Shown: piece by piece, positions 1-8,701 of the stretch
Numbering within the stretch: position 1 is the stretch's first letter
How the letters are laid out: each line of letters starts with the position of its first letter
Source: Petrotogaceae bacterium
GTDB taxonomy: Bacteria; Thermotogota; Thermotogae; Petrotogales; Kosmotogaceae
DNA: 64,000 nucleotides
Direction: 5' to 3'
Assembly (NCBI GenBank): GCA_963664675.2
Contig: CAXXLB010000002.1
Coordinates: 235,114 to 299,113, forward strand
The notes under the pieces: generated by a model
Databases searched by the model: none
What the model was told of the DNA's origin: nothing
Seen by the model: the letters and a program-made list of their open reading frames with translations, nothing else
Made by a program: the position numbers and the translations under genes

Positions 1-8
1 CTCATGAT

Positions 9-605
9 TTACACCTCGTTTTCTCTAATATAATCAATGGTTTTTTCAATAGATTCAGTCAGAAAATCTTTGCTTGCAGATGCTATATTTGGATTATCAG
101 TAACTTGTTCTGTTAAAAAAGGTAAATGGATGAAAATTACTTTAATAGACTGATTATATGACATTATATAATTCAAAACGCAATAATACAAATAATTACA
201 TACATACGTACCCGCAGAATAGGAAATATAACAGGGAATCTGTATTTTTTTTAAATGATGAGTCATTTTCTCTAAATCTACATTGGAAAAATATCCTTCC
301 GGGGTATCACTGAATATTTTTTCATTTGTTGGTTTAGAGCCATTATTATCAGGAATTCTGGCACTGATAAGATTAAGCGCGACTTTTTCAAAGGATATGG
401 AGGTTCTCCCGCCTGCCTGTCCCATCATTATTATTGCGGATGGATTGATCTTTTCTATTTTCTTTTTTATAATGTTGAAGGATTCAATGAATTTTGTTGG
501 TAAAATCAATGTAGTGATTTGTCGGGTGTTCAATTTTTTAAGAACTTCCATAGATGAATTAATCGTATTTTTTCCAAAAACATCGAATGCAGTTAATAGA
601 ATCAT
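9..605 (-). CDS. pcp: pyrrolidone-carboxylate peptidase (pyroglutamyl peptidase I)
   Basis: 198-aa ORF with family-typical blocks: MILLTAFDVFG at the N-terminus, MGQAGGR..FEKVALN, the catalytic-Cys context SAGTYVCNYLYY, and IHLP. Confidence 0.9.
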   Translation of the reverse strand: MILLTAFDVFGKNTINSSMEVLKKLNTRQITTLILPTKFIESFNIIKKKIEKINPSAIIMMGQAGGRTSISFEKVALNLISARIPDNNGSKPTNEKIFSDTPEGYFSNVDLEKMTHHLKKIQIPCYISYSAGTYVCNYLYYCVLNYIMSYNQSIKVIFIHLPFLTEQVTDNPNIASASKDFLTESIEKTIDYIRENEV

Positions 606-935
606 ATTTTAACCTCGCAAAATATTGTCGTTATATCTTATTGATTGATTTTGAGGCGAATTGGTTTGAAATTAAAATAATAAGCCCAAATAATAAGATA
701 TCTCATTGTATAGATTTTATCATAACAAGTTTCCAATATACTGAAGTTAATTTTGGCTGATTAAGAATTGATTTGCTGGTTTGCTGGCAAAAAGCAAAAC
801 TATTTTTTAGACTTTACGTCTAATTTTATTGCTTATTGAAAAATTTGGACTGATGAAATACTTATGTTTTATAAAAGGTTTTTGATATTATTTATCATAG
901 AATGAAAGAACTAAATATATTTAGGAGGGAGTGTT

Positions 936-3900
936 ATGAAAAAATTTATTTTTTTTATCTTGTTTTTGGTTATTTCATTTATTGGTGTTGGAAATAACAT
1001 TTACGATTATGTTCCTGGTGGAACGGAGTTTGTTTTAAGTGTGGGTAATGTTGATCCTCTTTTGGAAGCGGTTGAAGGTCTTTCGACCTATATGGGAGAA
1101 AGTACAATGGATGAAAATTTGCAAAATGCTTTAAATACGGCGCAGGGAGCGGAGATATTGCTGTTTGGTAATACTTCTCTGGCTCTGTCTTCAGGCTTAT
1201 TAAATTCTGATTTTGATTTTAAAGATGAGGAAGCGATAATACCGTTTATTTTAACTCAAGATCTAGTTTTAATAAATAATGTTTTCAATTCAGAATTTAT
1301 TGATAATTTTGTTCAAAGTACTTTTAAACCATTTATTGAAAGTAAGGGAACATTTGAAAGAGAAGAAATAAACATGCAGGATTATCCAATTTTGATTTAT
1401 AGAATTACTATAAACGGAAAAACCGAAAACCTTTACCTTATGCAGGATAATGATTATGCGATTCTATCGACAGATGAACACCTTCTTAGAAAGTCAATGG
1501 ATGCAAAAGAGTTTGAAGACAAAAGATTGAAAACGAATTATCCTTTTTTCAAAAATATAATAGAAAAAGATGGATTGATAACTTTTATGAACAGAGGATT
1601 TCAAATTAATGGGATTTTTCTGAAAGCGGCCGATATCATATATGGTTTTCCTGTGGCGGAATCTTTTGTGATATCTGTTGATAAAGAGATGAACTTTTAT
1701 TTTGATTTTCTTGCCGATTTGGAATACGATACAGATGTTGATAGAATTTATACAATAAACAGTGCAAGAGATACAGATACGTATGGAAATCTACCCGTTC
1801 CGGAAGGATTCAATCTGTTAATTTCAACGGGTAAAATTAATTTTTCACCTGAAAATATTTCAGATGTGCTGGGTAATTTTGATCCGCTGGACGATGTTCT
1901 TGATGCTGTAGAAAGTATAGAATCATTGGATATACTTTCGGAAATAATTCCTGTTTTTTTAAAATTTGCTAATTATCCTGAAATATGGTTTGACACCACA
2001 GGAGAAAAAGATTTAGAGATTTTCTTTAAAACTGATAACGCCTCTGAAGCAATTGAATTATTATCGGAAGAATTGGGTTCGGAAATAGAATTGAATGATG
2101 GGTTATACTTCATGTCTGATGGAAACGCATATATTATGGGACGTGACTCCGGAAATTGGCTTGAGATAGGGGCACCCGTTCCGGATGAGAGACCGTTGTA
2201 TGAAAACTCTCCAAAATTATCGGAAGTTCATCCTGCGTTTTTTGAAAAGCTGGAGGAATCGTACGCTTCAATAAACTCTTTAATATTTGCAGAAGAATAT
2301 GGAGAAGGAGCGTTAGGCTTCAACGGTGAAGGTGATTTAAAAATAAATCTGCATTTGAATTTGAAAAAATTTATAGAAATGTATCTTACGTTAGCTAACG
2401 ATTTCAGCATTACAGATTACAGTAATTCAAATGCTTCTGGAAATGAAGAAATTCTGAATATGATAATCGATGGAGAATTAGAATCATTTAAAAATAAAGT
2501 GAATGAAGGCTTTAACCCAGAATCGATAATAGATGATTGGGACATGGAAACTGCGCTTCATATAGCTGTTATATATGATCAACTTGAAATAGTTAAATAT
2601 TTGCTTGAAGAACTTCATGTATATCCTGATCCTCTTGATTACTATAATCAAACCCCTTTATATCTGGCCGTTTTATATGAAAATTATAATTTTTCAGAAT
2701 TATTGCTCGAAAATGGAGCGGATCCAAACATCGAAAATGATTATGGAGAAACCCCTCTATATATAGCCATTTCTTATGGGTATGATGATATTGCAGGGTT
2801 ATTGAAGGAATATGGAGCTGAAGAAGTGGAAATTCCTGAAACAGAAAAAGTTTTTAATATGGTAATGAATGGGGAATTGGAATCTTTCAGGAATAAAATA
2901 AACGAAGGATTCGATCCCGAAACGGTGATTGATGACTGGAATATGGAAACCGCCCTTCATGTTGCCGCTGCATATGATCAGCTTGAAATAGTTACATATT
3001 TACTTGAAGAACTTGATGTCTATCCGGATGTATTGAATTATTATGGGCAAACGGCATTAATTTTAGCGGCTTCATACGGGGACTATGATCTTTGTGAACT
3101 CTTGCTGAAAAATGATGCCGATCCCAACATTAAAGATGCTTTCGGTGAAAGTGCCCTTTATAATGCTGCAATGTATGGTTATGATGAAGTGGCTGAATTG
3201 TTGAAGGAATACGGGGCAGAAGAAGTGGATATAAATGTGACAGAAGGCAGCGACGAGATTTATAACATAATAATTTCCGGTGATATTGAAGCTTTTAAAA
3301 CAAAAATTGATGAAGGATTTGATCCCGAAGCGATAGTTGATAGCTGGTTAGATGAAAATTCTCTTCATGTTGCAGCAGCCAATTCGCAATACGATATTGC
3401 TGAATATCTTCTTGAGGATTTATGGGTTAATCCTGATCCTCTGAATGTTGATGAACAAACACCTCTTTATTTGGCCGTTATGAACGGTGATTATAATATG
3501 GTGGAACTACTTCTAGATAATTGGGCAAATCCTAACAGTGTTGATTCCTATGGTGACTCGGTGTTGTATATTGCAAAAATCTATGAACTCAGTGATATCG
3601 CTGATCTTTTGATTGAATATGGGGCGAATGATGATATAGATACAAGTGATATTTCATCTGTTATAAGTTCCGGAGATTTTGAAAAATTCAAAGAGGCCGT
3701 GGTAGATAAAGATCCGGATTATATAGTTGATAGTTGGATAGGTGATACTTTATTGATTACAGTGGCTAGATACGGAACACTGGAAATGGCCGAATATCTT
3801 TTGGATATGGGTGCAAATATCGAAATAACAAATCAGGATTTAGAAACCCCTATACTTGCAGCTTCGTATAATGGCAATTATGAAATGGTTGAATTCTTAT

Positions 3901-4997
3901 TGGAAAACGGTGCAAATCCTGATGTTATTGATTCATATGGATATACGCCGCTTTCAAATGCTTATTATGCTGATCCTGATATGATCGAATTGCTTCTCAA
4001 AAATGGTGCAGATCCGGATATTGAAGACGAAAATTACGATAGATTTCTATTTGATGCTATATACAACGAAGACAAAGAACTGGTTGATTTATTATTATAT
4101 TATGGAGCCGACGCTAATAAAGCAAACTCATATGGAGAAACACCGATAATGCTTGCAGAATACTACGGGTATGATGATATTGAGAGAACTTTAATGAATT
4201 ATGGGGCAGAAAGCCAAGCCTATATAGTGGAGTCATTTGAATTAGGGGATCTTGGATTTGTGAAAAAACTCGTTGAAGAGGGAAAGATCGATGAGAAAAT
4301 TAATAATCGAACCCCCATTTATTTGGCAACTTACTACTATCAACCAGAACTGGTAGAGTATCTGGTTGAAAACGGTGCTGATTTGAATATCCTTTCAGGA
4401 GAAAACGACGACCCTCCTATTTTCAATGTTATAGACGCCGGAGATACTGAAATGCTTGGTTATTTAATTACGAACGGCGCAGAGGTGAATATTTACAACA
4501 TGAATGGAATAACTCCGCTTTTGCTTGCCGCATCTTATAGCGATAAGGATGTGTACGATTTATTAGTTGAGTATGGGGCCGATGAAGATGTTAGTGATTA
4601 TAGCGGTAATATACCACTTTCTTACGTTATATATTTTGGCGAAGAAGGATATTTGGATTTTGCAAAATATTTAATTGAAAAGGGAGCGGTTTCGGATATA
4701 AATAAACTTTCAGACTACGGAGAGGCACCACTTTATTGGGCTTTGAGTGCAGCGAATTACGAGGGAGCCGATTTATTGATTGAATATGGAGCAAATATAG
4801 ATCTGAAAAATATTTCTGGTAACACTCTATTACACGCCGCTGTAGAAAACAATGATTTGCAGTCTGTAAAGTACCTCGTTGAAAAAGGAGCTAATCTTGA
4901 TCCGGAAAATGAGTGGGGAGAAACTCCTTTACAATTATCTCAAGCGTATGAATTCACTGAAATTTCCGAATATTTGAAGGAAATGGGTGCAAAATAA
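936..4997 (+). CDS. exported ankyrin-repeat protein (about 500-aa N-terminal domain of unknown function plus about 24 ANK repeats)
   Basis: GGAGGG lies 6 nt upstream of the ATG. The N-terminus MKKFIFFILFLVISFIGVG is hydrophobic and signal-like. From about aa 505 there are repeated ANK signatures (TALH.A...LEIV.YLLE, G.TPLY.A...G..D....LL..GADPN). Confidence 0.85.
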   Translation: MKKFIFFILFLVISFIGVGNNIYDYVPGGTEFVLSVGNVDPLLEAVEGLSTYMGESTMDENLQNALNTAQGAEILLFGNTSLALSSGLLNSDFDFKDEEAIIPFILTQDLVLINNVFNSEFIDNFVQSTFKPFIESKGTFEREEINMQDYPILIYRITINGKTENLYLMQDNDYAILSTDEHLLRKSMDAKEFEDKRLKTNYPFFKNIIEKDGLITFMNRGFQINGIFLKAADIIYGFPVAESFVISVDKEMNFYFDFLADLEYDTDVDRIYTINSARDTDTYGNLPVPEGFNLLISTGKINFSPENISDVLGNFDPLDDVLDAVESIESLDILSEIIPVFLKFANYPEIWFDTTGEKDLEIFFKTDNASEAIELLSEELGSEIELNDGLYFMSDGNAYIMGRDSGNWLEIGAPVPDERPLYENSPKLSEVHPAFFEKLEESYASINSLIFAEEYGEGALGFNGEGDLKINLHLNLKKFIEMYLTLANDFSITDYSNSNASGNEEILNMIIDGELESFKNKVNEGFNPESIIDDWDMETALHIAVIYDQLEIVKYLLEELHVYPDPLDYYNQTPLYLAVLYENYNFSELLLENGADPNIENDYGETPLYIAISYGYDDIAGLLKEYGAEEVEIPETEKVFNMVMNGELESFRNKINEGFDPETVIDDWNMETALHVAAAYDQLEIVTYLLEELDVYPDVLNYYGQTALILAASYGDYDLCELLLKNDADPNIKDAFGESALYNAAMYGYDEVAELLKEYGAEEVDINVTEGSDEIYNIIISGDIEAFKTKIDEGFDPEAIVDSWLDENSLHVAAANSQYDIAEYLLEDLWVNPDPLNVDEQTPLYLAVMNGDYNMVELLLDNWANPNSVDSYGDSVLYIAKIYELSDIADLLIEYGANDDIDTSDISSVISSGDFEKFKEAVVDKDPDYIVDSWIGDTLLITVARYGTLEMAEYLLDMGANIEITNQDLETPILAASYNGNYEMVEFLLENGANPDVIDSYGYTPLSNAYYADPDMIELLLKNGADPDIEDENYDRFLFDAIYNEDKELVDLLLYYGADANKANSYGETPIMLAEYYGYDDIERTLMNYGAESQAYIVESFELGDLGFVKKLVEEGKIDEKINNRTPIYLATYYYQPELVEYLVENGADLNILSGENDDPPIFNVIDAGDTEMLGYLITNGAEVNIYNMNGITPLLLAASYSDKDVYDLLVEYGADEDVSDYSGNIPLSYVIYFGEEGYLDFAKYLIEKGAVSDINKLSDYGEAPLYWALSAANYEGADLLIEYGANIDLKNISGNTLLHAAVENNDLQSVKYLVEKGANLDPENEWGETPLQLSQAYEFTEISEYLKEMGAK
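2444..4994 (+). repeat. ankyrin-repeat region organised in roughly 133-aa (about 400-bp) super-repeats
   Basis: The unit (I/V).N(M/I)(I/V)..G(E/D)(L/I)E.F..K(I/V).EGF(D/N)PE..(I/V)D.W...(T/S)(A/L)LH recurs starting near 2444, 2839 and 3249, with a degenerate copy near 3652. Each unit is followed by 3-4 ANK repeats ending EYGAEE. Confidence 0.75.
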
Positions 4998-5024
4998 AAA
5001 AATACAAAATTTAATTTTTAAAAA

Positions 5025-5052
5025 TGCTGCCTTACTCGGCAGTATTTTTTTT
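5025..5052 (+). terminator. rho-independent terminator after the ankyrin gene
   Basis: Stem TGCTGCC / GGCAGTA (one G-U pair), loop TTACTC, followed by T8. Confidence 0.7.
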
Positions 5053-5228
5053 GATAGTAAAATTAAAAAAAAAATTTTAAAAAGAAAGAAAAATACGATT
5101 CAAATCATTGATTCATTCGTATTTTTTTGGTTTTAACATACAGTTCACAGTTTTTTTCTTTTAGGTTGTTTAAATCATGTTAACATAAAATATATAAGTG
5201 TTATTTTTGGTTTACTGAGGAGTTTTTA

Positions 5229-6152
5229 ATGGAATGTAGGGGTAACATTCGAAAAATATTTGAAGGACTTCCCTTTTCGGCTTTTGATGGAAAAAGTTAT
5301 TGCTATACGGATATAAGCTTGAATTTTGAAAATTATAAGCTTTTATTCGATATGAACATACCATTGAAACAATTTTCCTTTTTTAAAAAGTTACAGAATA
5401 GTTCTTTGAAATCATTTTTTAATGGGATTAAAAGAGTAACTGTTATGTCTTATAACTTTTATAAAGTGGGTTTGGTAAATGTTGTCATTGAAAACCAACA
5501 GAGTGACATTCAAATTTTTGATCTGAATGATTTTGTATTGATCTGCAAATTTTTCTTTTACATAATAATTGCTTTGGAATACGATTTAGATTTTAGTCAG
5601 GAATCGGAGATAATAACAGAGCTTGTAAATATTTGGGAATCAAGAAATTTTTTCGAATTTTCCCATAGTAGAAGAGTTGCATTTTATTCTAAAACTTTTG
5701 CTGAAAAACTAAAAATGTCAAAAAGAGAAGTAAATGAGATTTATTGGGCGGCATTGGCACACGATTTAGGTAAAATCTTAGTGCCGGTAAAAATCTTGAA
5801 TAAGCCCGGACCTCTTTCCGATTCTGAATACAGGATTATAAAAAAACACAGTGAGAATGCGGATGTAATATTTTTTTATTTTAATACTTTCTCTAAATTT
5901 ATGCCAATAATAAAGCACCATCATGAGAAGTGGGATGGAACAGGTTATCCCGATCATTTGCTTGAAAATAATATTCCATTTTATTCGAGAATAATAAGTC
6001 TGGCAGATTCATACGACGCTATGACAAACTTTAGAGTGTACAAATTTGCAAAAACCACGCTTGAAGCTCTTAAAGAAATACATGAGGGTAGTGGAACCCA
6101 TTTCGATCCGGATTTATCGAGAGAATTTCTAAAATATGAAAAATTTTTGTAG
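5229..6152 (+). CDS. HD-GYP domain protein (putative c-di-GMP phosphodiesterase) with an uncharacterised N-terminal domain
   Basis: Motifs HDLGKILVP and HHHEKWDGTGYPDH, plus ADSYDAMT. It is a paralog of 10186-11106 over its whole length. Confidence 0.85.
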   Translation: MECRGNIRKIFEGLPFSAFDGKSYCYTDISLNFENYKLLFDMNIPLKQFSFFKKLQNSSLKSFFNGIKRVTVMSYNFYKVGLVNVVIENQQSDIQIFDLNDFVLICKFFFYIIIALEYDLDFSQESEIITELVNIWESRNFFEFSHSRRVAFYSKTFAEKLKMSKREVNEIYWAALAHDLGKILVPVKILNKPGPLSDSEYRIIKKHSENADVIFFYFNTFSKFMPIIKHHHEKWDGTGYPDHLLENNIPFYSRIISLADSYDAMTNFRVYKFAKTTLEALKEIHEGSGTHFDPDLSREFLKYEKFL

Positions 6153-6161
6153 GTGTAAAAA

Positions 6162-6842
6162 ATGTGTAGAATAGTGGCTTTTAAAAGTGATATAAAAATG
6201 AATACAGAACCGTTTTTGAATTATTTAACTTTTATTTCAAAATATGGTTATAATTATCCTCACAGAGATGGATATGGATATGTTGTTTTTGATGAATTGA
6301 ATTCATGGACTTTCAGATCTATGAATTGTATTTATGAGGAAGAAAAAACAGACAGCAAGATGGCTAATGCAGGAATATTTCATTCAAGAAAGGCATCGAC
6401 TTCGAATGGTTATAAACCGAGATTCAATCATGTTCATCCCTTCACAGGAATTGCAAATGGTATAAATTATGCTTTTATCCACAATGGAACAATAAATGAT
6501 TTTTCTAACTGCCCAGGTGAAATCGATACTCAAAAATATTTCAGGATATTGTTATCGAATTTAATTAATCAGAGCCCCGAGGAAGCTTTGAGGAGTACTT
6601 CAGATTTTATTTCGGAAAGATATAAGTATACATCTTTAATTTCTGTTCTTACGGACTACAAAAACATATGGTGTATCAAAAAGGTATACGATGAACATGA
6701 TTATAAACACGATCTTTTTTTGATAGAATTCAACAATTTTAGGATGATAGCCAGTGAAAAAGTCGAAGAAAAATTTTGCTATTTTGATATTAACCCATTA
6801 GGGTGCAGAAGAATACCAAATGGTAAAGTTATAAAATTATGA
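6162..6842 (+). CDS. class II (Ntn-type) glutamine amidotransferase-like protein
   Basis: Starts MCRIVAF (Cys2 nucleophile position). Contains HSRKAS......HPF and FIHNGTI blocks typical of YafJ-like GATase-2 domains. It begins 9 nt after the HD-GYP gene. Confidence 0.65.
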   Translation: MCRIVAFKSDIKMNTEPFLNYLTFISKYGYNYPHRDGYGYVVFDELNSWTFRSMNCIYEEEKTDSKMANAGIFHSRKASTSNGYKPRFNHVHPFTGIANGINYAFIHNGTINDFSNCPGEIDTQKYFRILLSNLINQSPEEALRSTSDFISERYKYTSLISVLTDYKNIWCIKKVYDEHDYKHDLFLIEFNNFRMIASEKVEEKFCYFDINPLGCRRIPNGKVIKL

Positions 6843-8522
6843 ATTACAGTATACTATTTTGCTTTTTTCTACAAGAGTAATTTCTTCCAAAAAATTGAAA
6901 ACACGTTTTCTTTCGGTTTTGCTTTTAAAACAAAACAATGAAATAATACCAGGTTGAATTTTCAAGCCTAAGATTTTGAAGATTTCTTTGTAATCTTCAT
7001 TGTCAATTTTTATTCCCCATTTTCTGGAATATCTGACATAGTTTCTGATGAAATTATCTATGGATTCCCTGATATCTTCTTCGAGAAAAAAATATCTGTT
7101 AATAAACTTTTCTTTGTATTTCTTGTTTAAATCGGCGAAAAAATTGTCTATCAGGGAAAATCTGGCTTTTTCAAATGTGTTCAGGTTACTTATTAAATAA
7201 AGAAATTTGATCCATTCACTTCTATTTTCCAGATAATCAATATTTTTAGTTCCAGAGATGATAATTTTTACAAAGAAATCAATGGATCCTTTCCTACATA
7301 GTTTTTTTATGAAGTGTTTTCTTTTGTATAAACAACTGTAAGTTTTAAAGATTAGAAATAATCTGTCTGTTTTTGGTAATGAGTTCAGATATTTCAGGTT
7401 CATTTTTGCACTGAACAGCTCTCTGGACTTAAATGATTCTCGTGCTACCGCAAAGGGTAAATGAAGAATATCCTTTTCAATATTAATGTTACTCAATAAC
7501 CCATTTAAAGTAGCGGAATTAATTGTTTTCTTTTTTCCGTTTATTATTTCAGAGATAGTTTTTCTTTGAATACCCGTTTTTCTACTGAATTCAGATATAT
7601 TATCAATTTTGCTTAAAAGGAATTTCTGAAGTTTTTTAGTATTTTTATAAGTATTGCTCTCACTACATGTTATTTGATCTAATTCGATGGATTTATTTAT
7701 AACATTTTTTGTCATTTCTTTTTCCTGTTTGGATATTTCTTTAGAAAAGGAGATGATTAAACGGGATATCTTGATCAATTCATCGCAATTATTGATAAGA
7801 AGAACACTGAAGTATGTATGAATTATATAGAAATGTCTTTGGCTATCAAAAAATCTCCCAAATATTGTAACGGCTTTTTCAATTATTATGCGGGAAAGAA
7901 GAGGATGACTCTGATAAATATACCATGCAATTGCATTCAGGGATAAAAGCATACCCGAAACGTGGAAACATTTATTTGAAACTTTATAAGCGGTTATAAA
8001 ATCTTGGATTCCACTTCTGCTATTTCCTTTTTTCATTTTTTCTCTTCCAAGATTGATCTTTACAAAAGCCAGAGCGCTGTCCTTAACACTTTTTAATTTA
8101 AGCTTACCGAGACAATTTTCATAAGAATCGTTGAGAGAACAATATCCCAAAGTTGTTACGACAACCGAATCATATCTTATATTTGGAGGAACATTGTGTA
8201 GATTTTTTCTTAAATAGTTGTATAGCCTGTCTCCATTTTTAAAATCTTTCATTTTCAAATACATATTTAATTTTCTGGAATTAATTAAAAACTCTAATGA
8301 TTTCGATTTTTCGAAATGTTCTGCTGTCTCAATGTACTTGAAGCTTTTCTCATAATTACGCGTGTGTTCCACGTTTAAAGCCTTTATGAAAAATTTCCAT
8401 GATTTTTCCTCGTCCGAAGAACAATTCTTTAACTCAACTTCAAGTAAATATATTATAAACGGATTCGAAAAAGAACCGTTATCAAAAAGTAATTTTGCGA
8501 AATTGAAAAGTCTGTTATTCAA
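6837..8522 (-). CDS. putative transcriptional regulator with a helical-repeat N-half and a central XRE-type HTH
   Basis: 561-aa ORF. An HTH-like segment, ISEFSRKTGIQRKTISEIINGKKKTINSATLNGLL, lies near aa 308-345. The rest has no motif I recognise. It is divergent from the repeat-protein gene. Confidence 0.45.
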   Translation of the reverse strand: MNNRLFNFAKLLFDNGSFSNPFIIYLLEVELKNCSSDEEKSWKFFIKALNVEHTRNYEKSFKYIETAEHFEKSKSLEFLINSRKLNMYLKMKDFKNGDRLYNYLRKNLHNVPPNIRYDSVVVTTLGYCSLNDSYENCLGKLKLKSVKDSALAFVKINLGREKMKKGNSRSGIQDFITAYKVSNKCFHVSGMLLSLNAIAWYIYQSHPLLSRIIIEKAVTIFGRFFDSQRHFYIIHTYFSVLLINNCDELIKISRLIISFSKEISKQEKEMTKNVINKSIELDQITCSESNTYKNTKKLQKFLLSKIDNISEFSRKTGIQRKTISEIINGKKKTINSATLNGLLSNINIEKDILHLPFAVARESFKSRELFSAKMNLKYLNSLPKTDRLFLIFKTYSCLYKRKHFIKKLCRKGSIDFFVKIIISGTKNIDYLENRSEWIKFLYLISNLNTFEKARFSLIDNFFADLNKKYKEKFINRYFFLEEDIRESIDNFIRNYVRYSRKWGIKIDNEDYKEIFKILGLKIQPGIISLFCFKSKTERKRVFNFLEEITLVEKSKIVYCNS

Positions 8523-8701
8523 AAAACACCTCTATAAGCTAATTACAGATTATGCCTGAGTAATTATACTACAATTTTACAAAAAAAATCAAACGTATAA
8601 ATTTGCTGCTTTTGCATCGCCCATGAACAAAGAGTTATGAAAGGCTATAAAATTGACAATCAAAATAAGAGTTGTATCCTTAGAATAAGGGAGGTGTCGA
8701 T

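Noticed and set aside
1-8. Possible start (ATG at 6..4, minus strand) of a gene running off the left edge.
   Set aside because: Only two codons are visible, so it cannot be supported.
283-612. 109-aa plus-strand ORF antisense to pcp.
   Set aside because: It lies fully within a confidently recognised pcp gene on the other strand, and it has no SD and no motif.
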